Of a DNA stretch of 64,000 bases, positions 41,149 to 51,366 are shown piece by piece. The position numbers and the translations under genes were made by a program. The DNA is taken from NCBI GenBank assembly GCA_021787665.1, contig JAJYLN010000007.1, positions 10,135-74,134 of the forward strand, written 5' to 3'. Each line of letters starts with the position of its first letter. The stretch's first letter is position 1. The notes beneath the pieces are model-generated. The model saw only the letters and a program-made list of their open reading frames with translations. It made no database searches and had not been told where the DNA came from. The DNA is from a bacterium (lineage in GTDB: Bacteria; JAMCPX01).

Positions 41149-43917
41149 CTATCTTTTTCCCCTCGCCGCCTCATGCGATGCCAGCGCCGCCTGCGCCGCC
41201 GCGAGTCGGGCGACCGGAATCCTGTACGGAGAGCAACTCACATAGTTGAGGCCTGCGCTGTGGCAGAAATGTATCGTCATCGGGTCTCCTCCATGCTCGC
41301 CGCATATGCCGAGCTTTATGTCAGACCTCGTCTTCCTGCCCTTCGCTGCTGCCATTTTGACCATTTCTCCGACACCCTTGACGTCAATGGTCGCGAAGGG
41401 ATCGAACGAGAGTATGTTCTGCGGCTTGACCATGACACGGTACCCACACTCCTCGCACACGCCCTCTTTATTCAGTCTGCCGCCACACACCGGGCAGTGC
41501 TCGGAATACGACCGGTAGAAGCTAATGAACCTGCCAGCATCGTCCCGGGAGAACCCATAGGTCGTCTGGGTAAGGTCGTTGGTACCGAATGAAAAGAACT
41601 CGGCCTCCGCAGCAATCTCGTCGGCCGTCACGGCGGCCCTGGGCAGCTCTATCATCGTGCCCACGAGGAACCTGAGCTTCCTGCCCCTGTCCTTCATCAC
41701 CTCGTTCGCCGTCTGGATGACGATCTCCTTCTGTGCCCGCATCTCTTCTACCATGCTTATTACCGGGAGCATAATCTCCGGGTAGACCTTGATGCCCTTG
41801 TCCATGAGTCCGCACGCAGCCTCTATGATCGCCCTGACCTGCATCCTCGTGATGTCCGGCATGATGATGCCGAGCCGCGCACCTCGCAGGCCGAGCATCG
41901 GGTTGAACTCGTGCAACTCTTCGACCCTTGCGAGGAGCTTCTTCTTCTCGGCCAGGACGGCACCGTTCACTCCCTGCATCTCCAGCCTCGCTATCTCGAC
42001 CAACAGCTCTTCTCTCCGGGGAAGGAACTCGTGCAGCGGGGGGTCCAGCAGCCGTATCGTTACCGGCAGCCCCTGCATCTCCTTAAGGATGCCGGAAAAA
42101 TCCTGCCGCTGCATCTCGAGGAGCATGTCGAGGTATTTGAGCCTCTCTTCCCTTTTCACGGAGAGTATCATCTTCTGCATGATACCTATCCTGTCCTCCG
42201 CAAAGAACATGTGCTCGGTCCTGCACAACCCCACGCCTTGAGCGCCGAACGCTCTCGCCCTGCTCGCGTCCCTCGGCGTGTCGGCATTCGCCCTTACCCC
42301 GAGCCTCCTGATATTGTCCGCCCATGTCATAATGGTCTTGAAATCGCCGGTCAGGCCAGGGTCCACGAACGGTATCCTGCCGATAATCACGTCCCCGGTG
42401 CTACCGTTTATCGAGATAGCGTCGCCCTCCTTGAGGAGCTTGTCCCCCATCTTTACGGAGCGTGTCTTCTCGTCTATCTCGAGCGCCTCGCACCCCACCA
42501 CCGCGGGCTTGCCGTACTGCCTCGCAACGACAGCGGCGTGCGACGTCATGCCTCCGTGTCTGGTAAGGATGCCCTTCGATGCGTCCATGCCGTGTATATC
42601 GTCCGGAGACGTCTCCTCTCTCAGGAGAACGACCGCTTCCCCTTTCTGGGACCACTCCACGGCCTTGTTCGCATCGAGCACCACCTTGCCGGACGCCGCC
42701 CCCGGCGAAGCAGCGAGCCCCTTTGCGATTACTTCGTACTTCGCCTTCGGATCGAAGACAGGATGCAGGAGCTGTTCGAGCTTGTCCGGCTCTATCCTCC
42801 GTATCGCCTGCTCCTTCGTTATGAGCCTCTCTTTGACGAGATCAACGGCTATCTTCAGGGCAGCCTGCGGTGTCCTTTTTCCGGTCCTGGTCTGGAGCAT
42901 GTATAGCTTCTCGTTCTCGACGGTGAACTCGAAGTCCTGGACGTCCCGATAGTGCCTCTCGAGCCGTGTCGTTATGTTTCTGAGCTGCTTGAACACGGCC
43001 GGCATCTCCTTTGCAAGCTCAGAGATCTGCTTGGGGGTCCTGATGCCCGCGACTACGTCCTCTCCCTGGGCATTGGTCAGGTACTCGCCGTAGAACATCT
43101 TTTCTCCGGTGGCGGGGTTGCGCGTAAAACCCACGCCGGTGGCAGACTTGTCGCCGGTATTGCCGAACACCATCGTCTGGATGTTGACCGCAGTGCCCAG
43201 GTTTTCCGGGATATTGTTCTGCTTCCGGTAGTATATCGCCCGGTCATTATTCCACGATTTGAATACGGCCTCCATCGCCATGAACAACTGTTGGTAGGGG
43301 TCCTGCGGGAATTCCGTCTTCGTCTTCGACTTTATGATGCTCTTGAAGTCCTCCACCACGGACTTCAGTGCTGTCGGAGATACCGCCGTATCGTCCTCAG
43401 CGTTCATCTTTTTTTTGTATCCCTCGAAGACCTCCTCAAAAACCTTCTTCCCCATGCCGAGCACCACGTCGCCGAACATATAGATAAATCGCCGGTAGCT
43501 GTCATAGGCGAATCGCTGATTACCCGTCTTGTCAGCAAGCCCGGCAACGGCCTGGTCGTTCAGACCGAGATTGAGGATCGTGTCCATCATGCCCGGCATG
43601 GAAAACTTGGCGCCGGAGCGTACCGACACGAGCAGAGGGTTGTCCTTGTTACCGAATGTCTTGCCGGTGGCTGACTCGAGCCTTTTTATCGACTGCTTGA
43701 CGTCCTCTCTGAGGGTCTGCGGCAGTTTCATCCCCCTTTTGAAATATTCCAGACATACCGTCGTTGGGATCGTAAAGCCCGGCGGGACCGGGATGCCTGC
43801 CCTGGTCATCTCGGCAAGACCGGCGCCCTTGCCACCCAGCAGGTCCTTCATCTCGGCCTTGCCGTCGGCCTTCCCCTTTGCAAAAAAGTATATACGCTTT
43901 ATCTTCTGTGCCATCAA
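41149..43917 (-). CDS. ppdK: Pyruvate, phosphate dikinase (with a Cys4 insertion in the C-terminal PEP/pyruvate domain)
   Basis: N-terminal GGKGAGLAEMTRAGIPVPPGF, central phospho-His domain (GGMTSHAAVVAR), and C-terminal GICGEHGGDP...SCSPYRIPVARLAAAQAAL. Confidence 0.9.
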   Translation of the reverse strand: MMAQKIKRIYFFAKGKADGKAEMKDLLGGKGAGLAEMTRAGIPVPPGFTIPTTVCLEYFKRGMKLPQTLREDVKQSIKRLESATGKTFGNKDNPLLVSVRSGAKFSMPGMMDTILNLGLNDQAVAGLADKTGNQRFAYDSYRRFIYMFGDVVLGMGKKVFEEVFEGYKKKMNAEDDTAVSPTALKSVVEDFKSIIKSKTKTEFPQDPYQQLFMAMEAVFKSWNNDRAIYYRKQNNIPENLGTAVNIQTMVFGNTGDKSATGVGFTRNPATGEKMFYGEYLTNAQGEDVVAGIRTPKQISELAKEMPAVFKQLRNITTRLERHYRDVQDFEFTVENEKLYMLQTRTGKRTPQAALKIAVDLVKERLITKEQAIRRIEPDKLEQLLHPVFDPKAKYEVIAKGLAASPGAASGKVVLDANKAVEWSQKGEAVVLLREETSPDDIHGMDASKGILTRHGGMTSHAAVVARQYGKPAVVGCEALEIDEKTRSVKMGDKLLKEGDAISINGSTGDVIIGRIPFVDPGLTGDFKTIMTWADNIRRLGVRANADTPRDASRARAFGAQGVGLCRTEHMFFAEDRIGIMQKMILSVKREERLKYLDMLLEMQRQDFSGILKEMQGLPVTIRLLDPPLHEFLPRREELLVEIARLEMQGVNGAVLAEKKKLLARVEELHEFNPMLGLRGARLGIIMPDITRMQVRAIIEAACGLMDKGIKVYPEIMLPVISMVEEMRAQKEIVIQTANEVMKDRGRKLRFLVGTMIELPRAAVTADEIAAEAEFFSFGTNDLTQTTYGFSRDDAGRFISFYRSYSEHCPVCGGRLNKEGVCEECGYRVMVKPQNILSFDPFATIDVKGVGEMVKMAAAKGRKTRSDIKLGICGEHGGDPMTIHFCHSAGLNYVSCSPYRIPVARLAAAQAALASHEAARGKR

Positions 43918-43923
43918 AACCCC

Positions 43924-46017
43924 CTATAGCAATTTTGTTATGTCCAAGACCTGCGTAACAAGGCCCTTCATCTTTGCAAGCAGATTCAACCTGTTGGTCC
44001 TTATACCCGCGTCGTCGCTCATCACGAGCACCTTCTCGAAAAAGCTATTTATCGGCCCTACCAGATTTTTGACCAGATCTATATACTTAATATATTCCTT
44101 CTTTGCAAGCGCTAATTGAATTTTGGGCTCAAGCTCCAAGTAACTGTCATATAAGGACTTTTCTGATTGCTCGACCAGCAGGCCTGTATTGACTTCCCCG
44201 GCTGGATGGCTTTTGGATATGTTTATGACCCGCTTGAAGGCAAGAAAGACTGGCTCGAAATCCGGGTTTAAGCCAAAGGACTTATCAGCATTAGCTGAGA
44301 ACACTACATCTTTAAGGAAGTTTATACGCCGGTCGGCCTCAAGAATGTCGTCGGGCTCGGTTGCGATAACCGCGTCGATAAGCTTTCTTATGTTCGTGTA
44401 GCGTTCCGCCAGTATACCTTCGAGCCTTGTATAGAAGAAGCTGAGCAAAGAAGCCTGTAAGGTACCCTTATTATTGATATGGTTATACTGTCCGATACTA
44501 AAATCTATCAATGCCTTTATGTCTAATGTGATCTGTATCTGTGGGCCCGACACAGCGGACAACACTATATTTAAAATACCGATTGCAGCCCGCCGCAGCC
44601 CATAGGGATCCTGTGTGCTCGTCGGGGCCTCCCCTATGCTGAAGAACCCGACAAGCGAGTCGATCTTATCAGCAATATAAACAAGAGAGCCTGGTATTGA
44701 CATTGGCTGGCTATACTGTTCGGCAACTACAAGCGCCGTTGTTTTGTCCGATGGGTCTTTCAGCAATATATAATGGTGCCCAATAAGGCCCTGTAATTCC
44801 GGAAACTCCGAGACGAGCCGCGTAGCAAGATCAGCCTTACAGAGTCGTGCCGCCTGAAGGGTGATTGTTCTGAGGCTTTCATCGAGTTTAATTGTGTCGC
44901 AAAGGTATTTGGAAATCGCTACAATCCGCTCTGTCTTGTCGTAGAGGCTACCAAGCTGCGGGAAAAACACCATGCCCTTCAACAGATCGACATAGGATTC
45001 AAGGGGCTGTTTCATGTCCTGATTATAGTAGAACTCGGCATCCTCGAGCCGTGCGCGTAGCACCCTTTCGTATCCTTTTCTTATAATTTTTTTATCGCCG
45101 TAAGGATTATTACTTATACCAATGAAATAGGGCATCAATTTACCCCTGTCATCTGTAACGGGTATGTATTTCTGCTGGGTTTCCATAACACTCCTGATGA
45201 CCTCTTCCGGCATCTTCATGAACCTTGGGTCAAAGCTCCCCTGTATTGCGGTTGGCGATTCGACAAGGTTTGTAATGGCATTATGCAGATAGTAATCAAT
45301 AACTTCACCCCCCCCTACCTTCCTTGCCAATGTATTCGCCTGTTCCCTTATGTCTCTTATTCTTTCAGCAAACTCCGGCAGGATCTTTTCTCTTTTCATT
45401 GCCTTGCGCCATGAAGCAAGGCCGCTGATCTTTATCTTCCTCCCGCTGCCGGTCCTCAGTCCGTAGGTAAACGACGATGCCTTTACCGTACCTATCGAAA
45501 CCGGGACGACCGTGCCGTCGTACAGTACAATAAGCCATCGTATGGGCCGTATAAAACGTACACTTTCGCTGCCCCATCTCATGGACTTCCTGAACGGAGT
45601 GCCGAGTATCAGGCTTGCGAGTTTTTCTTTTATGAGAGATTTTGTGGATACGCCGGGCTTTTTGATCTCCACCTGAACAAACTCGCCCTTGTCGAGCTTA
45701 ACCATCCGTAGTGTTTTAACATCGACACCTTTTGACCGTGCAAAGCCGATTGCGGCCGGTGTCGGATTGCCGTCTTTATCGAAGGCCGCTTCCCTTCTCG
45801 GACCAGTATAAGTCGCCGTGCTCTGCTCGCCTTTGTCCGAGAGCCTCTCGACGCAGAGGACCAGCCGTCTCGGCGTAAAATAAGTTATTATTTCTGTGAA
45901 GGCTATGTGCTCCGAATCAAACAACTGCTTTATGCTGTTCGACAGGTGCTCTATCGCAGGGCTTATCTCTGCGACAGGTACTTCTTCGACGCCGATCTCG
46001 ATAAACAATTCCGCCAT
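43924..46017 (-). CDS. glyS: Glycine--tRNA ligase beta subunit
   Basis: 697 aa. N-terminus MAELFIEIGVEEVP is typical of GlyS. Immediately downstream of glyQ. Confidence 0.9.
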   Translation of the reverse strand: MAELFIEIGVEEVPVAEISPAIEHLSNSIKQLFDSEHIAFTEIITYFTPRRLVLCVERLSDKGEQSTATYTGPRREAAFDKDGNPTPAAIGFARSKGVDVKTLRMVKLDKGEFVQVEIKKPGVSTKSLIKEKLASLILGTPFRKSMRWGSESVRFIRPIRWLIVLYDGTVVPVSIGTVKASSFTYGLRTGSGRKIKISGLASWRKAMKREKILPEFAERIRDIREQANTLARKVGGGEVIDYYLHNAITNLVESPTAIQGSFDPRFMKMPEEVIRSVMETQQKYIPVTDDRGKLMPYFIGISNNPYGDKKIIRKGYERVLRARLEDAEFYYNQDMKQPLESYVDLLKGMVFFPQLGSLYDKTERIVAISKYLCDTIKLDESLRTITLQAARLCKADLATRLVSEFPELQGLIGHHYILLKDPSDKTTALVVAEQYSQPMSIPGSLVYIADKIDSLVGFFSIGEAPTSTQDPYGLRRAAIGILNIVLSAVSGPQIQITLDIKALIDFSIGQYNHINNKGTLQASLLSFFYTRLEGILAERYTNIRKLIDAVIATEPDDILEADRRINFLKDVVFSANADKSFGLNPDFEPVFLAFKRVINISKSHPAGEVNTGLLVEQSEKSLYDSYLELEPKIQLALAKKEYIKYIDLVKNLVGPINSFFEKVLVMSDDAGIRTNRLNLLAKMKGLVTQVLDITKLL

Positions 46018-46019
46018 GG

Positions 46020-46895
46020 CTATGTTTTCTCAAGTTCTTTTATTGCTTTTGAATCCCTGTAGGTCTGTGCAACGCCCTTTGCCATCGTCCGTACCCTTCC
46101 GATGTACCGAGCCCGCTCAGCGACCGAAATGGCGCGTCGCGCATCGAGCAGGTTGAAGATGTGTGAGCACTTCAGCGTGCAGTCGTAGGCAGGGAGGTAG
46201 AGTTTCTCTCCGATAAGCCGCAGAGACTCTTTCTCGTATTCGTTAAACAGGGAGAGGAGTCTGTCGATGTCCGCAGACTCGAAATTGTAAACGGATTGCT
46301 GGCGCTCGTTCTCCCGAAAGAGCTCACCATAGTTTATCCTATTGTTCCATGCGAGGTCGTAGACGTTCTCAATGCCCTGAAGGTACATGGCGATGCGCTC
46401 GATGCCATAGGTAACCTCGACCGGGACAGGGCTGAGGTCGAAACCACCGACCTGCTGAAAATAGGTAAACTGGGTGATCTCCATACCGTCGAGCCATACT
46501 TCCCAGCCGAGCCCCCATGCGCCGAGGGTCGGAGACTCCCAGTCGTCCTCGACAAACCGTATATCGTGTTCCTTTGCCTTTATGCCGAGTGCGGCGAGGC
46601 TTTTCAGGTAAAGATCCTGAACAGCGGACGGTGAAGGCTTGATGATAACCTGATACTGAAAATATCGCTGCATCCTGTTCGGGTTCTCGCCGTACCTGCC
46701 ATCCGCAGGCCTCCTTGATGGCTGGACATAGGCGGCTGACCACGGGTCCGGATCCAGGACCCTCAAAAAGGTAGAGGGGTGGAATGTGCCGGCGCCGACC
46801 TCCACATCGTACGGCTGGTCTATCACGCACCCCTGGTCTCTCCAGAACCTGTTCAAGGTAACTATGACATCCTGAACATCCATAACAGAAGGCAT
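46020..46895 (-). CDS. glyQ: Glycine--tRNA ligase alpha subunit
   Basis: [27 protein letters not shown] class II aaRS alpha-subunit signature. Confidence 0.9.
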   Translation of the reverse strand: MPSVMDVQDVIVTLNRFWRDQGCVIDQPYDVEVGAGTFHPSTFLRVLDPDPWSAAYVQPSRRPADGRYGENPNRMQRYFQYQVIIKPSPSAVQDLYLKSLAALGIKAKEHDIRFVEDDWESPTLGAWGLGWEVWLDGMEITQFTYFQQVGGFDLSPVPVEVTYGIERIAMYLQGIENVYDLAWNNRINYGELFRENERQQSVYNFESADIDRLLSLFNEYEKESLRLIGEKLYLPAYDCTLKCSHIFNLLDARRAISVAERARYIGRVRTMAKGVAQTYRDSKAIKELEKT

Positions 46896-47037
46896 GGTAT
46901 CCAGAAACCGGCAGCTTTGTCAATCAGACACCGTGACGGAACTCTAGGGCAAAAGCTCACAACAAAATAGTTGAATTTATCTCAAACCTACCCTACTATA
47001 TATGAACAGAAGTACAAAATACATGAGGAGGAGCATT

Positions 47038-47571
47038 ATGAATATCCGGATAACCTTCAGACACATCCCTTCATCGAGTGCTTTGAAACAATACGCCGTA
47101 GAAAAGGTCACGAAGCTCATCAAGACACTGAAGGAGCCCGTTGAGGTCCATATCATCTTTACGCAGGAAAAGAAGGCCAACACCGTCGAGATGACGCTCA
47201 CTTCCGCAGGCAAAGAGCTCTACGCAAAAGAACGAGGCCTGGATATGTATGCAGCCATCGATCTCATATATGACAAGCTCGACAAACAGCTTACAAAATT
47301 GAAAGAGAAGAAAAAGAAGCATACCGGGAATACCTCGATGAAGCACCTGCAGCAGGAAGAGACAACGGAGGAAGAAGACGAGGTCAAGGTAATACCGGAA
47401 AAGGACTACTTCGTAAGGCCCATGACGACAGAGGAGGCCGTGCTGCAGCTCGATCTGTCGGAGAACCCCTTCATCGTCTATCTCGATGCCGGGGACGAGC
47501 GGATCAATGTGGTTTTCAAGAGGAGCGACGGCCACTACGGGCTCATCGAAACAGGTGCCAAGTACAGGTAG
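47038..47571 (+). CDS. hpf: Ribosome hibernation promoting factor (long form, sigma54 modulation protein family)
   Basis: MNIRITFRHI N-terminus, 177 aa with a C-terminal dimerisation extension. RBS GAGGAGG 7 nt upstream of the ATG at 47038. Confidence 0.85.
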   Translation: MNIRITFRHIPSSSALKQYAVEKVTKLIKTLKEPVEVHIIFTQEKKANTVEMTLTSAGKELYAKERGLDMYAAIDLIYDKLDKQLTKLKEKKKKHTGNTSMKHLQQEETTEEEDEVKVIPEKDYFVRPMTTEEAVLQLDLSENPFIVYLDAGDERINVVFKRSDGHYGLIETGAKYR

Positions 47572-48103
47572 AAAGAGAGTCTCCGAACGTATACACGGCG
47601 TCCTCGTGTCGGTAAAGGACGTCGGCGTTCTTATAACCGGGAAGAGCGGCATCGGCAAGAGCGAGTGTGCCCTGGAGCTCATCATACGGGGGCACAAGCT
47701 CGTTGCTGATGACCTCGTGGTTGTAACAAGGCGCGGACACATGCTGTTCGGGAGGTCCGATCCGCTCATCAGCGGTTACCTCGAGCTGCACGGCCTCGGC
47801 GTGATCAAGGTGAGCTCGCACTTCGGCAAAGGGGCAACGCGCCCGCAGAAGCGGGTGGATATGGTCGTCGATTTCATCGAGTGGGGCGAGTCGAGCCACG
47901 CCCGGGGCTTCCTGAAATCCTTTACCTATGACCTCCTGGGACAAAGGCTGCCGTTGATCACACTGCCGGTACGGCCTGCACGCAACATGGCATCGCTCGT
48001 CGAGGTTGCCGTTACGAGTTTCCTGCTGAGGAAACGCGGCATGAACGAGTCGAAAGATCTTGAACAGAGAGTCTCGAAGAGTATAAGAAGGGACCATGGA
48101 TAG
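47486..48103 (+). CDS. hprK: HPr kinase/phosphorylase, short form (C-terminal kinase domain only); start uncertain
   Basis: HGVLVSVKDVGVLITGKSGIGKSE P-loop and the ELHGLGVI motif. The ORF-track ATG start lies inside hpf. Alternative starts are ATG 47507 or GTG 47606. Confidence 0.75.
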   Translation: MPGTSGSMWFSRGATATTGSSKQVPSTGRKRVSERIHGVLVSVKDVGVLITGKSGIGKSECALELIIRGHKLVADDLVVVTRRGHMLFGRSDPLISGYLELHGLGVIKVSSHFGKGATRPQKRVDMVVDFIEWGESSHARGFLKSFTYDLLGQRLPLITLPVRPARNMASLVEVAVTSFLLRKRGMNESKDLEQRVSKSIRRDHG

Positions 48104-48971
48104 CAAACAGCCGCTGAACATCATTATTGTCACGGGCATGTCCGGCTCAGGCAAGACGACCGCCATGGCCGTGCTCGAAGACATGGGCTTCTTCTGCATT
48201 GACAACATCCCGGTCCAGCTCATGCAGAAGTTTATCGAGCTGGTAGCCGACTCGAAGGACGACATCCACAACCTTGCCTTCTCCGTGGACGTGCGCGGGA
48301 GGGGGTTCCTTGCCGGACTTTCCGACGCTCTGGGCGTTCTGAGGGCCGCACAGAACAAGGTCACCATTATCTTCCTCGATTCCAGCGATAGCGTGCTCCT
48401 GAAACGTTATAGCGAGACGCGCAGGAGGCACCCGCTTGCACACGACATCACCATCGAGGAGGGCGTCACGCTCGAGAGGAAGTACCTCGAGGAACTCAAG
48501 GCGCAGGCAGACCGCATCATAGACACTTCCAGCTTCACGGTACACGACCTGAAGAATGAAATGAAGCTCTTCCTCCGTGAATCCGCAAAGGCCAGACCCA
48601 TGACCATCATACTCCAGTCCTTCGGCTACCGGTTCGGCGTACCGGCAGACTCAGATATCGTGTTCGACGTACGGTTCCTGAAGAACCCGTACTTCGTACC
48701 GGAACTGAAACATTTTACAGGACTGGACCAATGTGTCATCGATTATGTGAGGAACGATAGCATGACTGCCCGGTTCATCGACATCGTCAGGACGTTCATG
48801 GAGTTTACCGTGCCCCTCTACTACGCCGAGGGCAAGAGCTATCTGACCATATCATTCGGGTGCACGGGCGGGAAGCACAGGTCGGTAACGATCGTGGAGG
48901 AAGCGAAAAAAATCATATCTGCCCTGGGCTATACGCCGGTCATCAAGCACAGGGACATCGAAAAGGAGTAG
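48096..48971 (+). CDS. rapZ: RNase adapter protein RapZ (YhbJ/YvcJ P-loop ATPase)
   Basis: LNIIIVTGMSGSGKTTA Walker A. Conserved position after hprK. Confidence 0.85.
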   Translation: MDSKQPLNIIIVTGMSGSGKTTAMAVLEDMGFFCIDNIPVQLMQKFIELVADSKDDIHNLAFSVDVRGRGFLAGLSDALGVLRAAQNKVTIIFLDSSDSVLLKRYSETRRRHPLAHDITIEEGVTLERKYLEELKAQADRIIDTSSFTVHDLKNEMKLFLRESAKARPMTIILQSFGYRFGVPADSDIVFDVRFLKNPYFVPELKHFTGLDQCVIDYVRNDSMTARFIDIVRTFMEFTVPLYYAEGKSYLTISFGCTGGKHRSVTIVEEAKKIISALGYTPVIKHRDIEKE

Positions 48972-48974
48972 ACC

Positions 48975-49382
48975 ATGGTTGGAATCGTTATCGTGGCCCA
49001 CGGACAGTTCGCGAGCGAACTGCTGGCAACGACCGAGTTCATTGTCGGCAAGAAGGACTATATTACATCGGTCATGACGGACCCCAAGCAATCCGTGGAG
49101 GACCTGCGGGAATCGATATCTGCCGCAATCAAGAGGGTAGACAGGGGCAAAGGCACCCTCATCCTCACGGACATGTTCGGAGGCACGCCATCGAACATAA
49201 GTCTCTCCTTCCTTAACGAAGGAAAGGTGGAGGTCCTTGCCGGCGTCAACCTTCCGATGCTCATAAAGCTCGCGTCCATGAACACCAGAATACCCGTCAA
49301 AGATCTCGCCAATATGATAAAAGAGTACGGCAAGCAAAACATCATCCTCGCCGGGGACGTCCTCAACAGAGCGGACCAATGA
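48975..49382 (+). CDS. PTS EIIA component, mannose/fructose/sorbose family
   Basis: 135 aa. MVGIVIVAHGQFASEL with the phosphorylatable His in the AHG motif. Confidence 0.8.
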   Translation: MVGIVIVAHGQFASELLATTEFIVGKKDYITSVMTDPKQSVEDLRESISAAIKRVDRGKGTLILTDMFGGTPSNISLSFLNEGKVEVLAGVNLPMLIKLASMNTRIPVKDLANMIKEYGKQNIILAGDVLNRADQ

Positions 49383-49648
49383 AAAAGGGCGACTTCGTCA
49401 TCAGTAACAAACTGGGCTTTCATGCAAGGGCGGCAGCGAAATTCGTGAAGGTAGCGAACGCGTACGAGTCAGAAATCTTTGTCTACAAGAATGGCGAGAG
49501 GGCGAACGGCAAGAGCATACTCGGTCTGCTGACGCTCGCGGCGAGAAACGGGACCGTGTTCACGATAACCGTGGATGGCAGGGACGAGGGTAAGGCGCTC
49601 ATCGCCTTGAAATGCCTGATTGAAGACAAGTTCGGCGAAGGCCAATGA
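49379..49648 (+). CDS. ptsH: Phosphocarrier protein HPr
   Basis: 89 aa. The GFHARAA motif contains His15. Regulatory Ser region GKSILG. Confidence 0.85.
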   Translation: MKKGDFVISNKLGFHARAAAKFVKVANAYESEIFVYKNGERANGKSILGLLTLAARNGTVFTITVDGRDEGKALIALKCLIEDKFGEGQ

Positions 49649-51366
49649 CGACTTATCTCAAGGGCATTGCTATTTCACCAGGCTGGGCGAGCGGCAGGGC
49701 GATCGTGCCGATCGGAAGCTTCGACGTCCTCCGATACCATGTCACAGCGGACATGGTACCGGCAGAGATAAACAGGTTCCTTGCCGCCTTAGAGAAATCC
49801 AAGGCGGAGATCAAGGCGCTGTCGGAGAAGATCGATCCGGTGACCGGCAAAGAAGCGCTCCTGATACTCGACATGCACACCATGATTCTCGAGGACAAGA
49901 CCTTCATCGAGAACGTCGTGAGCAAGATAAGGACCAACGCGGTCAATACCGAATGGGCACTCACGGAGATCCTGAACGCCATTGAAAAAGCCTTCGACAG
50001 GATAGACGATGAGTACCTGAAAGAGAGAAAGTTCGACGTGACGCACGAGGGACGCAGGATCCTCAAGAACCTTTCCGGCCAGAAAGCAAGCGACGAGTCC
50101 GGAGAGCCCGGCATCATCGTCCTGTCCGCCTTCGCCATGCTCAACATGCCCTACCTGATGAAGGACAACATCAGGGGAATCGCACTCGAGACCGGCGGAC
50201 CAATATCACATCATGCCATCATCGCGCGTTCCCTGGGCATACCGGCCGTGGCGGGCATCAGGGGACTCACCGACAAAGTGGAGGACGGACGGAGCCTCTT
50301 GATTGACGGAGATAACGGCATTTTGATCATCGATCCTGAAATCGAGATCCTCAGCAAGTATCAGAAGACACGGACAAAGACGCAGGAGCCCGTGATAGTG
50401 CCAACGGCCCAGAACGGGGTACACACGAAAGACGGAGCGCCCGTCAGGATCATGGCAAACATAGAGTTTCTCGATGAAGCGCAGGACGCTTACGACGTGG
50501 GCGCGCAAGGCATAGGGCTCGTACGGACGGAGTATCTCTATACCGAAGGGGGGGCCCTTCCATCGGAGGAAGTGAGCTTTGCGAGCTATGCAACAATGGT
50601 GAAGCTCTTCAGGGGCTCTCCGGTCATCATACGGACCCTCGATATGGGGGGAGACAAGCTCTTCTCTACGACCTACAGGAGATCGGACAACCCCGCTCTC
50701 GGTCTGCGCGGCATACGGCTCTGCCTGAAGGAGCAGCATCTCTTCAGGGCACAGGTTCGGGCGCTGCTGCGCGCGAGCTCCCACGGCGAGATAGGCGTGT
50801 TGCTCCCGATGGTGTCCTCTCTCGGCGAGGTCCGGGAAGCGAAGAAGATTATAGAGGAGGAAAGGAGTGCACTCAGGGCGCAGGGTACGGCGATTGGCAC
50901 GATAAAACTCGGGGTACTCGTAGAGACTCCGGGAGCGGCAATGATCGTGGACATCCTGTCACGGGAGGTGGACTTTATCAGCGTCGGCACGAACGATCTG
51001 ATCCAGTACATCATGGCCATCGACCGCGGGGACGAGGACGTCCTGTACCTCTATCAGCCGATGCATCCGGCCGTCCTCAAAGCGCTCTCCCTTATAGCGG
51101 ACCAGGCGGTACAGCGCGGACTTCCTGTTCATATATGCGGCGAGATGGCAGGCGTGCCGCTCTACATTCCCCTGCTGATAGGCATGGGGTTCAGGGACCT
51201 GAGCATGGGCATATCAGCCATCAGCAGGGTACGGCGGTTCATATACCTGATCGACAGCCGAAATGCACGGAACCTTGCTGACGCCGCCCTCAAGCTCTCG
51301 ACCGCCGAAGAGGTGGAGAACCTGATCTTGGACAGCTACGCGCGGGAGCTATCGTATGAAGCTTGA
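49645..51366 (+). CDS. ptsI: Phosphoenolpyruvate-protein phosphotransferase (Enzyme I)
   Basis: 573 aa. Phospho-His motif GGPISHHAIIARSLGIPAV and a C-terminal PEP-utilising TIM barrel (GTNDLIQY). Confidence 0.9.
   Translation: MTTYLKGIAISPGWASGRAIVPIGSFDVLRYHVTADMVPAEINRFLAALEKSKAEIKALSEKIDPVTGKEALLILDMHTMILEDKTFIENVVSKIRTNAVNTEWALTEILNAIEKAFDRIDDEYLKERKFDVTHEGRRILKNLSGQKASDESGEPGIIVLSAFAMLNMPYLMKDNIRGIALETGGPISHHAIIARSLGIPAVAGIRGLTDKVEDGRSLLIDGDNGILIIDPEIEILSKYQKTRTKTQEPVIVPTAQNGVHTKDGAPVRIMANIEFLDEAQDAYDVGAQGIGLVRTEYLYTEGGALPSEEVSFASYATMVKLFRGSPVIIRTLDMGGDKLFSTTYRRSDNPALGLRGIRLCLKEQHLFRAQVRALLRASSHGEIGVLLPMVSSLGEVREAKKIIEEERSALRAQGTAIGTIKLGVLVETPGAAMIVDILSREVDFISVGTNDLIQYIMAIDRGDEDVLYLYQPMHPAVLKALSLIADQAVQRGLPVHICGEMAGVPLYIPLLIGMGFRDLSMGISAISRVRRFIYLIDSRNARNLADAALKLSTAEEVENLILDSYARELSYEA

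Noticed and set aside
41911-43674. 331-aa and 240-aa plus-strand ORFs antisense to ppdK
   Set aside because: Shadow ORFs within a highly conserved gene.
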